In this document: one piece after another, positions 19,687-30,123 of the stretch
How positions within the stretch are numbered: the stretch's first letter is position 1
Layout: each line of letters begins with the position of its first letter
Source of the DNA: an uncultured Desulfobacter sp.
Lineage (GTDB): Bacteria; Desulfobacterota; Desulfobacteria; Desulfobacterales; Desulfobacteraceae
Assembly (NCBI GenBank): GCA_963665095.1
Contig: OY762069.1
Coordinates: forward strand, 4,544,001 to 4,608,000
Direction of reading: 5' to 3'
Length of the DNA: 64,000 bases
Translations under genes and position numbers: made by a program
Notes under the pieces: generated by a model
What the model was told of the DNA's origin: nothing
What the model saw: only the letters and a program-made list of their open reading frames with translations
The model's database searches: none

Positions 19687-20244
19687 TCAGGTCTTGATGT
19701 GTGCGGTTATCCAGAGTGCGGCCTCGTAGAGATCCGGGACGCACAGATCCGGAGCTATTCCCTTGTTTTTCAACTCAGCAAGGGCCTTCACCCCTTTTCC
19801 AGTCTGAACCAGGATGGTTCCGGCACAGCCGGCAGCCAAGCCGCAGGCAATGTCTTTTGCCGAATCTCCCACCATCAGGGATCTGGCCGGATCAATCCCA
19901 TGACGCGCCATGGCCTGATGAATGAGCCCGGGCTTTGGCTTGCGGCAGTCACAGCCGGCATCCGGCGCATGGGGGCAGAAAAAGATATCCCGGATCCGGC
20001 CGCCGGCCTTTTCCACCCCTTTTGTCATTTTGACAAAAATATCATCCAGGGTCTGCCGGGTGATCATTTTTCTGCCCACGGCGGACTGATTGGTAATCAG
20101 AATGACATTAAATCCATGGCGGGTTAACAGGGCTATGGCGTCAGGGCTTTTAGGGATAAAATGAAACTCGTCCGGGTGTTTGATATAGGCGTCGGAATCC
20201 TGGTTGATCACCCCGTCCCGGTCCAGAAAAACGGTAAACCCCAT
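19687..20244 (-). CDS. gmhB: D-glycero-D-manno-heptose-1,7-bisphosphate phosphatase
   Basis: FLDRDGVIN, ITNQS, CPH..CDCRKPKPG, MVGD; start placed at the ATG at 20244 after GGAG. Confidence 0.9.
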   Translation of the reverse strand: MGFTVFLDRDGVINQDSDAYIKHPDEFHFIPKSPDAIALLTRHGFNVILITNQSAVGRKMITRQTLDDIFVKMTKGVEKAGGRIRDIFFCPHAPDAGCDCRKPKPGLIHQAMARHGIDPARSLMVGDSAKDIACGLAAGCAGTILVQTGKGVKALAELKNKGIAPDLCVPDLYEAALWITAHIKT

Positions 20245-20266
20245 GGCTCCCGTGCGGGGAATACCT

Positions 20267-21076
20267 TTACTCTTCGGCAACGGCAAAGACATGGCCAAAC
20301 CCCTCTTCTGCCATGAGGCGGTCGCAGAAGGCCACGGCCTCATTCAGGTTGCTGAACCGGCCGATCCTTACCCGGTAAAACTGTCCCCGGTCATCCTCAT
20401 AGGGGACAATATGGGCATTGAGATACTGTTTTGACAGTTTGGTCCTGTACTGCTCGGCATTGGACCGGACCTTAAAGGCCCCCACCTGGACCGTAAAATT
20501 CCCCTGCCAGTAATCCACCGGCTTAAAAGTAACAGGGGTGTGGTCTTTCTTGGAATAGGCCGTGGCCTTTCCCAGGGCCGTCACCCGGACCCGGGCCGTT
20601 CCCGGCCCCACAAGATCGATGCGTTTGGCCCCGGTATAGGACAGATCAATAATCCGGCCGGAGACAAAGGGTCCCCGGTCATTGATGCGCACCGTAATCT
20701 GCCTGCCGTTATCCAGGTTTTCAACCCGCACCCAGGTATTCATGGGCAGGGTTTTGTGGGCAGCTGTCATGGCGTACATATCGTAGGTTTCACCGTTGGA
20801 GGTTTTGCGTCCGTGAAATTTTTTACCGTACCAGGAGGCCCGGCCTTTTTCCACATAACCGTGGGCAGAGGCCATGGGGTAATAGCGCTTTCCTTCAATG
20901 GTATAAGGCTTCTGGGTGGGTGCGGAAGCTGTATCATCTGTCTGAACTTTCTTTTTCGGATAGGTGGGGCGGCCATCATAAGAATTATGGGATTTTCCGG
21001 CACACCCGGCCATGGCCAGGCTGAGAATCACAACAAACATTAAGGCGCGGTTCAAAAAACTCATACAGGGTATCAT
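20267..21076 (-). CDS. rlpA: Septal ring lytic transglycosylase RlpA (lipoprotein, DPBB + SPOR)
   Basis: Lipobox MAGC, ASWYG, TAAHKTLP, VRINDRGPF..RIIDLS, SPOR motif VQVGAF. Confidence 0.93.
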   Translation of the reverse strand: MIPCMSFLNRALMFVVILSLAMAGCAGKSHNSYDGRPTYPKKKVQTDDTASAPTQKPYTIEGKRYYPMASAHGYVEKGRASWYGKKFHGRKTSNGETYDMYAMTAAHKTLPMNTWVRVENLDNGRQITVRINDRGPFVSGRIIDLSYTGAKRIDLVGPGTARVRVTALGKATAYSKKDHTPVTFKPVDYWQGNFTVQVGAFKVRSNAEQYRTKLSKQYLNAHIVPYEDDRGQFYRVRIGRFSNLNEAVAFCDRLMAEEGFGHVFAVAEE

Positions 21077-21079
21077 CTT

Positions 21080-23431
21080 TTATTGTTGTAAGGCAAAGTT
21101 GAGGAGGTCTTCCATTTTATCGGTAAAATAGAACTCCATTGTGGACTGGATATGGTCGGGCACATCCTCCATATCCTTCTCATTCCACTGGGGCAAAATC
21201 AGGGAACGGATACCGGCCCTGTGGGCGGCAATCACCTTGTCTTTGATGCCTCCCACCGGAAGCACCTCTCCCCGGAGGGTAATCTCGCCGGTCATGGCCA
21301 GGCGGGGGCGGACCTTTTTACCGGTGATCAGAGAGGCCAGTGCCGTAAGCATGGTGACGCCGGCAGAGGGCCCGTCCTTCGGGATGGCACCTTCAGGCAC
21401 ATGGATATGGATATCATGGGTATCAAAAAAGGTATCATCAACACTGAGCTGGTCAGCATGGGAGCGGATAAAGCTTAAGGCCGTGGATGCGGACTCTTTC
21501 ATCACACTGCCCAGCTGGCCGGTCAGGGTCAGTCCTTTGTTTCCCTTCATGGCCACAGCTTCCACAAAAAGGACTTCACCCCCCACAGGGGTCCAGGCCA
21601 GACCCACCACGACCCCGGGAACCTTGATCCGGGTGGCCATATCCGGCATGTTCTGGATGGGACCCAGGTACCCGGCAACATCTTTCTGGCCGATGGTGAG
21701 GTTATCGACTTCGTGTTCGGCAATTTTAGCGGCAACGCCGCGGCACACGGCCCCAATCCGGCGTTCCAGGTTGCGCAGGCCTGACTCCCGGGTATATCCG
21801 GAAATTATCTGTTTGACCGCGCCTGTGGTGATCTTGATCTGACCGGAATTGATGCCGTTGGCCTCCCGCTGTTTGGGAATGATATAACGGGTGGCGATTT
21901 TGAGTTTTTCTTCTTCAGTATATCCGTTGAGTTCCAGCACCTCCATCCTGTCCCTCAAAGGCGCCGGAATGGTGTGCAGTACATTGGCAGTGGTCAGGAA
22001 AATAACATCAGACAGGTCAAAGGGCACATCCAGGTAATGGTCAACAAAATTCTGGTTCTGTTCCGGGTCCAGCACCTCCAGCAGCGCAGATGATGGATCT
22101 CCGTGGTAGGAAGAGCTGACCTTGTCGATCTCATCCAGCATGAATACGGGATTTTTTCTGCCTGCGGACCTCAAGTGCTGGATAATCCGGCCGGGCATGG
22201 CCCCCACATAGGTTCTCCGGTGGCCTCTTATCTCTGCCTCATCTCTGACGCCGCCCAGGGCGATACGGACAAATTCCCGGCCCAGGGCTTTGGCAATGGA
22301 ACGGCCCAAAGAGGTCTTTCCGGTGCCCGGCGGACCGAAAAAGCACAGAATCGGCCCCTTGGAATCATTTTTGAGCTTTCGTACCGCCAGATACTCAAGG
22401 ATCCGTTTTTTTGGTTTTTCAAGGCCGTAATGATCCTGGTCCAGAATTTTTCTGGCTTCGGCAATGTCCAGGCGGTCTTCGGAAAAGTCATGCCAGGGCA
22501 GGGAGGTCAGCCAGTCAAGATAGGTGGAGGCCACCACATATTCGCTGGATGAAGGATGCATCCTTGCCAGGCGGTCCACCTCCCGGTCCGCCTCCTTGCG
22601 GGCCTCCTCAGGCAAATCGTTCTCCCGGATCAGGGCCCTGTACTCACGGATCTCCACAGATTCGTCATTTTCTCCAAGCTCCTCTTTAATGGCTTTAAGC
22701 TGCTGGCGCAGATAGTACTCCCGCTGGCGCTTGTCCATATCTTCACGCACCTGATTCTGGATCTTGGAACCCATCTCAAGGATTTCGAGCTGGTCATTGG
22801 CCAGCCGGGTGACTTTTTTCAGCCGCCTTGTCACATCCAGCAGCTCAATGACTTTCTGTTTTTCATGCACGGGAGCATTAATGGTGGAGGCGACCATATC
22901 GGCAAGAGCGCTGGGTTCCTGAATGGTTTTCACCATCTGGCCCATCTCCGGGGGCAGACCGGGCGAGAGCTCCACGATTTTGCCGTACTGATCCACAATA
23001 TTGGACATCAGGGCCAGATTTTCCTTGTTCCTGTCTGTATTCCGGCTCTTCAGAACGGAAATACTGGCATGCATATACTCCCGGTTTTTAAGAAATTCAA
23101 CCACCCTGAAACGGTTCATTCCCTGGATGAGCAACTGGGCCTTTTCATCTTCCATTTTGGACAGCTTAAGAATCATGGCCACGGTGCCGATGCGGTAGAG
23201 GTCGTCTGCCGTATGTCTGGAATCAATGTCCGAACGCCTGGATAAAAGAAGCCCCAGCATCCGGTTACCGGCCATGGCATCGTCAATCAGGTCAATGGCC
23301 TCTTTCTGGATCAGCACCAGGGGCAGCACCATTTTAGGAAACAAATTGGTATCCACGATGGGAAGGATAGGAAGATTGTCCGGAATATCGTCTGTGGTGA
23401 TGGGGACGGAGGAATGTTTTAATTCATCCAT
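21080..23431 (-). CDS. lon: ATP-dependent protease La (LonA)
   Basis: LON N-domain, GPPGTGKTS, RGHRRTYVGAMPG, LDEIDK, PKDGPSAG, GGIKDK. Confidence 0.97.
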   Translation of the reverse strand: MDELKHSSVPITTDDIPDNLPILPIVDTNLFPKMVLPLVLIQKEAIDLIDDAMAGNRMLGLLLSRRSDIDSRHTADDLYRIGTVAMILKLSKMEDEKAQLLIQGMNRFRVVEFLKNREYMHASISVLKSRNTDRNKENLALMSNIVDQYGKIVELSPGLPPEMGQMVKTIQEPSALADMVASTINAPVHEKQKVIELLDVTRRLKKVTRLANDQLEILEMGSKIQNQVREDMDKRQREYYLRQQLKAIKEELGENDESVEIREYRALIRENDLPEEARKEADREVDRLARMHPSSSEYVVASTYLDWLTSLPWHDFSEDRLDIAEARKILDQDHYGLEKPKKRILEYLAVRKLKNDSKGPILCFFGPPGTGKTSLGRSIAKALGREFVRIALGGVRDEAEIRGHRRTYVGAMPGRIIQHLRSAGRKNPVFMLDEIDKVSSSYHGDPSSALLEVLDPEQNQNFVDHYLDVPFDLSDVIFLTTANVLHTIPAPLRDRMEVLELNGYTEEEKLKIATRYIIPKQREANGINSGQIKITTGAVKQIISGYTRESGLRNLERRIGAVCRGVAAKIAEHEVDNLTIGQKDVAGYLGPIQNMPDMATRIKVPGVVVGLAWTPVGGEVLFVEAVAMKGNKGLTLTGQLGSVMKESASTALSFIRSHADQLSVDDTFFDTHDIHIHVPEGAIPKDGPSAGVTMLTALASLITGKKVRPRLAMTGEITLRGEVLPVGGIKDKVIAAHRAGIRSLILPQWNEKDMEDVPDHIQSTMEFYFTDKMEDLLNFALQQ

Positions 23432-23515
23432 TCTCTTTCCTTTTTAATAACAATAATCTTTTTCATAGGTTGCTATGGGGTACCTTACGCGAAAAGTCCG
23501 AATTGCTTATGGCTG

Positions 23516-23968
23516 TTACAGGGCATCAGCCGGCAATTCCCGTTTTGGGGGCGGATTTTTTCTTGCCTGTTTTCCCAGCCTGAGCTCAAGAAATCCATTG
23601 GCATAGGATGCAGATACCTTTTCCATGTCAATGACACTGGGCAGGTAGAGTACCCGCTCAAACTGTCCAAACTGAATTTCTGCCAGCCGGTAGGTGGCAG
23701 TGGGATCCGGCTGACTGCTTTTCCTCAAGCCCGAAATTTTAACGGCCTTGTCAGACAGTTCCACAACCATATTTTCCTTGCGGACTCCGGCCATTTCAGC
23801 CTGGATAATGATCTCATCCCTTGTCTCAAAAATGTCCATCTGGGGTCGCCAGACGCGTTTTGAAAAGCAGAACATGGGATTGACGGACTGAAACATCTCG
23901 TCAAAAGATTTTTCTTCAGTCTCAGGTGTTTCAATATGGTCCCCGAACCGAATCTCTATCTGTTCCAT
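23516..23968 (-). CDS. Hsp20/alpha-crystallin small heat shock protein
   Basis: PQMDIFET, AEMAGV, GQFERVLYLP, ASYANGFLELRL. Confidence 0.92.
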   Translation of the reverse strand: MEQIEIRFGDHIETPETEEKSFDEMFQSVNPMFCFSKRVWRPQMDIFETRDEIIIQAEMAGVRKENMVVELSDKAVKISGLRKSSQPDPTATYRLAEIQFGQFERVLYLPSVIDMEKVSASYANGFLELRLGKQARKNPPPKRELPADAL

Positions 23969-24091
23969 AAAACACTCCTGATAATGGGTCCATGCGGCTC
24001 TAAAGACGGCCGGTTCCGGCCCCTGATCATTTTTTCAGACTACCATCTGGCCGGAATCTTGTAAAGTGCAATAAAAAAAGGGCGTTATAGC

Positions 24092-25699
24092 TTATGATAC
24101 CGGGCGGTCCAACAGCGCCCGTATGGCCTTTGAAAATCTGTCCATGGAAAAAGGTTTTTGTAAAAATCCATGGCATCCCTCACTGACAAGGGCTTTCACC
24201 TCTTCATCCATAGTGAACCCTGTGAAAATCAGCACTTTTACTTCAGGATACTGTGCACGAATCCGTTTAAATGCTTCTTTACCGTCCATGACCGGCATGA
24301 TCAAATCCAGAATCACCAGTGGAATCCGGGGGGCCTTGAGTTCCAGCAAATCCAGGCACTCTTTGCCGTTTCTGGCCTGGATCACCTGATAACCCAGGGC
24401 CTCAAGGAACCTGGAACCCACCTCAATCACCTCTTCCTCATCATCCACAAGCAGAACGGTCTCCATCCCCTTTGGCATCAGATCAAATTCGTCACTTGCT
24501 TTCAAGGGGTACTCCGCATCCATGGGAAGCTCACAGGGAAGCGCCACCCTGAATACTGAGCCGACATTCTTTTCACTTTCCACCGTGATAAACCCGCCAT
24601 GATTTTTCACAATACCGAAAACCGTTGACAGCCCCAATCCACGGCCACGCCTGTCTCCAGGATCTTTGGTGGAAAAAAAGGGATCAAACACTTTTTTCTG
24701 GATGACCTCATCCATGCCGATGCCCGTATCCTTGACCAGAATCTCAACATAGGGGCCGGGTATGACTTGAAAATGAAAGCCATGGGTGTCCAGGATTTCC
24801 ATATTCCGGGTTTCAAGGGTCAGGGTACCGCCGTCCACCATGGCCTGGGCCCCGTTGACCATCAGATTGAGCAGCACCTGCTCCAGCTGGGAATGATCAC
24901 CGACGACCTTGTGAAGATCGGATGCCAGTTTTTTCTGAATAACCAGGTTTTTCCGCTCCGGCTGAAAAATATTCAGAGCCATGTTCACCACCTGGTTAAT
25001 ATCCAGTGTGTCCACCTGATACTTGCCGCCCCTGGCAAACCCCAGCAGACGGCCGGTGAGTTCGGCGGCTGTTTCCACCAGCCGGGCCATCTGCTGGATA
25101 TGGTGACCGATTTTTTCCGGCCGGTTCAAATTGATCCGCATCAGGGAGAGATGCCCCTGAAGTCCCATAAGCAGATTGTTAAAATCGTGAGAAACGCCAC
25201 CTGCCAGCACACTGACGGCCTCCATTTTCTGAATCTGATTTTCCCTTATCTGCGCAGATTTGATTTCTGTAATATCAGATACCGTCACCAGAAGGCCCTG
25301 GGAATAATCTGCGGGATCCAGCCAGCAGGCCCGGACACGGCAGTCAAACGCGGTGCCGTCAATCCTGAGCAGGCGGGTTTCAGTAATGGCTGTCCCGGCC
25401 TTTTGAATGCCGTCTGTAAAAACCTGGTCCACGCGTTTTGCCTCTTTTTCCGTAGGATACAGGGTCTGTACAGGCTTTCCTTCCAGGTGGCCGTACTCAT
25501 GTCCTGTCATGGCATAGCAGGCGGGGTTGGCCCAGTCTATAATACGGTTCTGGGAAATAATACAGATGCCCACAGGGGAGTATATCAGTACATTTTTTAT
25601 ATTTTCCCGTGAAAAAAAAGCCGTTCCGGGAATTGGGGATTCAGCTTGATCATGCCTGTGACCGGATACCCCTTTTGTACTGTAATACTGTTGCGACAT
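24092..25699 (-). CDS. Hybrid sensor histidine kinase (PAS-HisKA-HATPase-REC)
   Basis: PAS; H-box AGGVSHDFNNLL; QVLLNL, DTGIGM, PFFSTK, GRGLGL; receiver LLVDDE..LDLIMP..KPF. Confidence 0.93.
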   Translation of the reverse strand: MSQQYYSTKGVSGHRHDQAESPIPGTAFFSRENIKNVLIYSPVGICIISQNRIIDWANPACYAMTGHEYGHLEGKPVQTLYPTEKEAKRVDQVFTDGIQKAGTAITETRLLRIDGTAFDCRVRACWLDPADYSQGLLVTVSDITEIKSAQIRENQIQKMEAVSVLAGGVSHDFNNLLMGLQGHLSLMRINLNRPEKIGHHIQQMARLVETAAELTGRLLGFARGGKYQVDTLDINQVVNMALNIFQPERKNLVIQKKLASDLHKVVGDHSQLEQVLLNLMVNGAQAMVDGGTLTLETRNMEILDTHGFHFQVIPGPYVEILVKDTGIGMDEVIQKKVFDPFFSTKDPGDRRGRGLGLSTVFGIVKNHGGFITVESEKNVGSVFRVALPCELPMDAEYPLKASDEFDLMPKGMETVLLVDDEEEVIEVGSRFLEALGYQVIQARNGKECLDLLELKAPRIPLVILDLIMPVMDGKEAFKRIRAQYPEVKVLIFTGFTMDEEVKALVSEGCHGFLQKPFSMDRFSKAIRALLDRPVS

Positions 25700-25777
25700 A
25701 AAAACTGTCCCCGTGCGCTTTGTCGAAAATTGACGAATACATTAATTATCTGATAAGTATACCAGAATTTTTTTTTA

Positions 25778-27352
25778 ATGGCCCGTAAAAATTTACCAAT
25801 GAAATTTAAATTTTCCTTTTCATACTTTTGTTTTCCGGCACTGGTAAGCGGCTTTCTGCTTTCCCTGGCCTTCCCTGATTCAGGTCTGTATCCACTGGCC
25901 TTTATGGCCCTGGTTCCCTTGTGGATCAGCCTTGACAATCTGACTATAAAGCAGTCCTTTTATGCCGGACTTGCTGCGGGACTGGCCTTTTATCTTCCCC
26001 TGATCTACTGGATCAGTCCAGCGATTGTCTTATATGGTGGCCTCAATCTGGCCGCCGGGTTATCCTGCCTTGCGATTTTGTGCATATATCTGGCTATTTA
26101 TACAGGAATTTTTGCTCTGGTGATGAAATGGATACCTGGGCCTTCATGGCTGAATCCCTTCTGGGGCGCAGTTGTCTGGGTGAGCCTGGCATATATCAGA
26201 ACCTATGCGTTCACCGGTTTTCCATGGGGTGTCCTTGGGTACAGCCAGTACCCCAACCTTGCGTTTATCCAGGCCGCCGACATTTTCGGGGTTCTGGGAA
26301 TCTCTTTCGTGCTGGTGCTGACAAACGGAGGCCTGACCCTTGCCTGGAAAACCTTTTTCCGGCAAAAACGGCTGGAAAAAAAACGTTTACTATCTCTGGG
26401 CCTGATTGCCCTGATTGTCAGCTCGGTCTTTCTTTACGGCCATTTCAGACTGAGAGAGGTGAGACAATGGATGGCAGATGCGCCACATCTTAAGCTCTCT
26501 GTTGCCCAGGCCAATATCCGGCAGGACCAGAAGTGGGATTCAGGATTTATCACTGCCACCATTGACCGGTATGCGGAGTTATCCCAACAGGGGCTCCCCT
26601 GCGACCTGGTGGTATGGCCGGAAACGGCCCTGCCCTTTTTTTACGGCAAGGAACCTGTTTTTTCCAGCCGGGTGGATGCGGCGGTGCGCAATACCAGAAC
26701 CTATTTTCTTATCGGTATTCCTGCGGCTGAGCCTTCAGGCAAGGGGTATCTCTATTATAACCGGGCCTGTATGCTCAACCCCCTGGCCCTGGTCTCTGCC
26801 CACTATGACAAACACCATCTGGTGCCCTTCGGGGAATATGTTCCGCTGAAGGACCTTTTGTGGTTCATGGAAAAAATAGCTGCCGGTGCCGGTAACTTTT
26901 CAAAGGGAAAAACCGGCATGACGCCCCTGGACTTTGCCAAAGGTAAAACAGGGGTGCTGATCTGCTTTGAAATTCTTTTTCCGGACATTGCAAGGCAGTT
27001 TGTACTCAACGGGGCTGATATTCTGACCACCATGACCAATGATGCCTGGTACGGACGGACATCTGCTGCCCAACAACACTTCTCCATTGCCGTATTCAGG
27101 GCCGTGGAAAACCGGCGCAGCCTTGCCAGGTCGGCCAACACCGGAATCTCAGCCTTTATTGACCCAACCGGAAAGATCCTGGGGCGTACAGAAATTTTTA
27201 CCACCTGTTCCCTGACCCGGGATGTGCCTGTACTGGCCGAAACTTCCTTTTTTACCCGCCATGGCGACCTTGGAGCCCAAGTCTGTACAGTTGCATTTCT
27301 TTTGATTCTTGTGGTAAAACCCATAAAAAAAAGATTTAGGAGAACCCTATAA
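25778..27352 (+). CDS. lnt: Apolipoprotein N-acyltransferase
   Basis: TGFPWGVLGYSQ, VVWPETA, KHHLVPFGEY, ICFEI, TNDAWYG, RAVENRR..RSANTGIS. Confidence 0.96.
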   Translation: MARKNLPMKFKFSFSYFCFPALVSGFLLSLAFPDSGLYPLAFMALVPLWISLDNLTIKQSFYAGLAAGLAFYLPLIYWISPAIVLYGGLNLAAGLSCLAILCIYLAIYTGIFALVMKWIPGPSWLNPFWGAVVWVSLAYIRTYAFTGFPWGVLGYSQYPNLAFIQAADIFGVLGISFVLVLTNGGLTLAWKTFFRQKRLEKKRLLSLGLIALIVSSVFLYGHFRLREVRQWMADAPHLKLSVAQANIRQDQKWDSGFITATIDRYAELSQQGLPCDLVVWPETALPFFYGKEPVFSSRVDAAVRNTRTYFLIGIPAAEPSGKGYLYYNRACMLNPLALVSAHYDKHHLVPFGEYVPLKDLLWFMEKIAAGAGNFSKGKTGMTPLDFAKGKTGVLICFEILFPDIARQFVLNGADILTTMTNDAWYGRTSAAQQHFSIAVFRAVENRRSLARSANTGISAFIDPTGKILGRTEIFTTCSLTRDVPVLAETSFFTRHGDLGAQVCTVAFLLILVVKPIKKRFRRTL

Positions 27353-28447
27353 TGAGTGTAGAATTCAGACAGATCATCTCTTCCATCACTGCTAAAGCCA
27401 ACCGGCTTAAGGAGTATCTTTGACCTCCCTGTAAAGGAAAAACGGCTGCGGGAGCTGGAACTGCTCATTGCCAGACAGGATTTCTGGGATGATGCGGACA
27501 AGGCCACGGAACTGTTAAAAGAACGCACCACCATCTCCAGTCTCATTGACACCTGTAATGCCATATTCTCAGAAATTGAGGATGTGGAGGTGCTGTTGGA
27601 GCTGGCCAGGGAAGAAGAAGACAAGGAGAGCGAGCAGGAAGCCTGCGACATGCTGACCGAACTGGAGAAAAAAGTAAAATCCTTTTCTCTGGAAGTGACC
27701 CTGGACGGAGAAGATGATGCCAGAGATGCGATTATGTCCATCAATGCCGGAGCCGGGGGCACGGATTCCCAGGACTGGGCCGAGATGCTGTTCAGGATGT
27801 ATACCCGGTGGATTGAAAAAAAAGGGTATAAATGCCAGATCGTTGATTATCAGGTCGGTGACGAGGCCGGGATCAAAGGGGCGACCCTGCATGTATCCGG
27901 CCAGAACTGTTACGGATTCATGAAATCGGAATCAGGCGTACACCGGCTGGTCAGAATCTCCCCGTTTAACGCCGGCGGCAAGCGTCAGACCTCTTTTGCC
28001 GCCGTGTTTGTCTATCCTGAAATTAAAGATGAGATCAATATCGACGTGGATGAGGGAGACCTGCGCATTGATGTCTACCGGGCCAGCGGTGCCGGCGGCC
28101 AGCATGTCAACAAGACCAGTTCTGCTGTGCGCATCACCCACAACCCCACAGGCGTCGTGGTCCAGTGCCAGCAGGAATCCTCCCAGCACCGGAACCGGGA
28201 AATTGCCATGAAGCTGCTGAAATCCCGGCTCTACCAGCTGGAAAAGCAGAAACAGGACCAGAAATGGCAGAACCTGCACGACGGCAAGGATGACAATGCC
28301 TGGGGCAGCCAGATCCGATCCTATGTGCTGCATCCCTACCGGATGGTGAAAGACCACCGCATTGACCTGGAGATCGGGGATGTGGACCGGGTGCTTAACG
28401 GGGATATTGATCCGTTTATTGAAGGGGTTCTTTTGTCCAACTCTTAA
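27352..28447 (+). CDS. prfB: Peptide chain release factor 2, with programmed +1 frameshift
   Basis: ATG at 27352 gives MSVEFRQIISSITAKANRLKEYL ending at CTT TGA C (27418-27424). The +1 frame continues DLPVKEKRLRELE...DFWDD into the ORF carrying SPF and GGQ motifs. Confidence 0.96.
27409..27424 (+). promoter_or_regulatory. RF2 autoregulatory frameshift cassette
   Basis: Internal SD AAGGAG, 3-nt spacer TAT, then CTT TGA C. Confidence 0.93.
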
Positions 28448-28469
28448 ATAAAAAAAATTCGGAGAATTT

Positions 28470-29024
28470 ATGGCGTTGGATCCAGTGGAAATCATCCGGC
28501 AGTTTTATGATCCGGATTCTGAGCTGTTTGCCATCCTGGTAGACCACAGCAGACAGGTGGCTGATAAAAGTCTTGAGATTGCACAAGGCGTTGCCCATCT
28601 GAATCCGGACATGGCATTTATTGAAAAAGCAGCCATGCTCCACGACATCGGCATATTTAAGACAAGCTCCCCTGCCATCGGCTGTATCGGCAGCTATCCT
28701 TACGTCTGCCACGGCTACCTGGGCCGGGAACTTCTGGACGGCTTAGGCCTGCCGGAAAGCGTTGGCCTTGTGGCCGAACGGCACACCGGTGCCGGGATTA
28801 CCCTTGAAAATATCATTGAAGCAAACCTGCCCCTGCCCCACAGAGAGATGGTGCCGGTCACCCTGGAAGAAAAAATCATCTGCTGCGCGGACAAATTTTT
28901 TTCTAAAAATCCAAAGAAAAAAGACAAGGTCATGACCCCGAAAAAAATCATCAAATCCCTTGGCAAACTCAATCCAGGTCATGCAAAGCGCTTTGCCTTG
29001 TGGGCCGAAACGTTCAGACTTTAA
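28470..29024 (+). CDS. HD-domain (HDIG) phosphohydrolase
   Basis: HSRQVA, AAMLHDIG, HGYLG, ERHTG, EEKIICCADK. Confidence 0.88.
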   Translation: MALDPVEIIRQFYDPDSELFAILVDHSRQVADKSLEIAQGVAHLNPDMAFIEKAAMLHDIGIFKTSSPAIGCIGSYPYVCHGYLGRELLDGLGLPESVGLVAERHTGAGITLENIIEANLPLPHREMVPVTLEEKIICCADKFFSKNPKKKDKVMTPKKIIKSLGKLNPGHAKRFALWAETFRL

Positions 29025-29073
29025 CAGGCATTGATCCGGATTCAATTGTTCTCATGCTTAACATGGTGGTGTA

Positions 29074-29994
29074 ATGATTGATATTGCGCATCAAAACAGA
29101 ATCGACCGGGTGGTGGATCATATCCAGGCCAACCTGGAATCCGGATTGACCGTTAAGGGGCTGTCTGAGATTGCCTGCCTTTCCGAATTTCATTTCAGCC
29201 GTATCTTTAAAGTCCGGATGGGGGAAACCGTATACCGGTTTATCCGCAGGCTGAGACTGGAAAAAGCCGCTGAGATGCTGATTTCAAGGCCTGGCTTGAC
29301 AATAACTGACGTGGCTATGGTATGCGGATTTGCCACCCCGTCCGCCTTTGCCAAAAGCTTTAAGGATCATTTCGGGGTTACTGCCTCCCAATGGCGGCAC
29401 CAGTACCGGGAAGATATAAAAAGGAGCAGTGCACAGCACTCTTCTGATCTTGTGCGGCTCTTTTTTTCCGGCAATCTTCCGGTGTGGACCTTTGAATGTG
29501 CCGGGGAAAAACGAAAAATTACCCTGGAACATATGCCGCGCCTGAAGGTGGGATATGTCAGGTATGTGGGACCTTTTCAGGAGAACGATCTCCTGTTTGA
29601 CAATCTGTATCACCGTCTGTTCCAATGGGCCATTCCCAGAGGTTTTTTAACCGGAGATCCGGTCCGGTTCAACATCTTTCACGACAATCCGGACATTACA
29701 CACGGCAAACAACTGCGGGTTATGGCGGCCATACCTGTTCCGGTATCTGTCGGGGATACGGACATGGTTGGGCTTTTCACCCTGTCCGGAGGGCCTTATG
29801 CTGTCTGCCGCAGGCAGCTTCAAAAAGGAGAGTTTATTGGGGCGTGGCAATGGATGTACACGGCCTGGCTTGCTGACAGCGGCTATGTTCAGGACAGTGC
29901 CCGGGAGATGCTGGAAAGGTACTTTGGAGAAAAAATCGTAAACGGACAGCGGGTGTATGATGTTGATATCTGCATTCCTGTCCGGGCAAAATAG
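29074..29994 (+). CDS. AraC family regulator with C-terminal GyrI-like effector domain
   Basis: SEFHFSRIFK, RLRLEKAA, VAMVCGF..FAKSFK; C-terminal YVRYVGP, HDNPDIT, GGPYAV, DICIPV. Confidence 0.9.
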   Translation: MIDIAHQNRIDRVVDHIQANLESGLTVKGLSEIACLSEFHFSRIFKVRMGETVYRFIRRLRLEKAAEMLISRPGLTITDVAMVCGFATPSAFAKSFKDHFGVTASQWRHQYREDIKRSSAQHSSDLVRLFFSGNLPVWTFECAGEKRKITLEHMPRLKVGYVRYVGPFQENDLLFDNLYHRLFQWAIPRGFLTGDPVRFNIFHDNPDITHGKQLRVMAAIPVPVSVGDTDMVGLFTLSGGPYAVCRRQLQKGEFIGAWQWMYTAWLADSGYVQDSAREMLERYFGEKIVNGQRVYDVDICIPVRAK

Positions 29995-30123
29995 CAGGAA
30001 TGGACAATCCTTTGGCAGGATTTGAAAAGACACGGAGTAATAATTTCCTTACTATCAGGCTCCATGGCCGGCCTATCCGTTCAGACCGGGCTGGAAAATT
30101 TTCAACAGAAAGGGGAAATACTC

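Noticed and set aside
23968..24092. CIRCE or other heat-shock element before hsp20-lon
   Set aside because: No TTAGCACTC-N9-GAGTGCTAA or convincing alternative promoter seen.
27352..27584. prfB as a pseudogene or sequencing error
   Set aside because: The stop lies in the canonical SD-CTT-TGA-C programmed frameshift context.
26803..27762. 319-aa minus-strand ORF
   Set aside because: Antisense shadow of lnt and prfB; Ser-rich, no recognisable motif.
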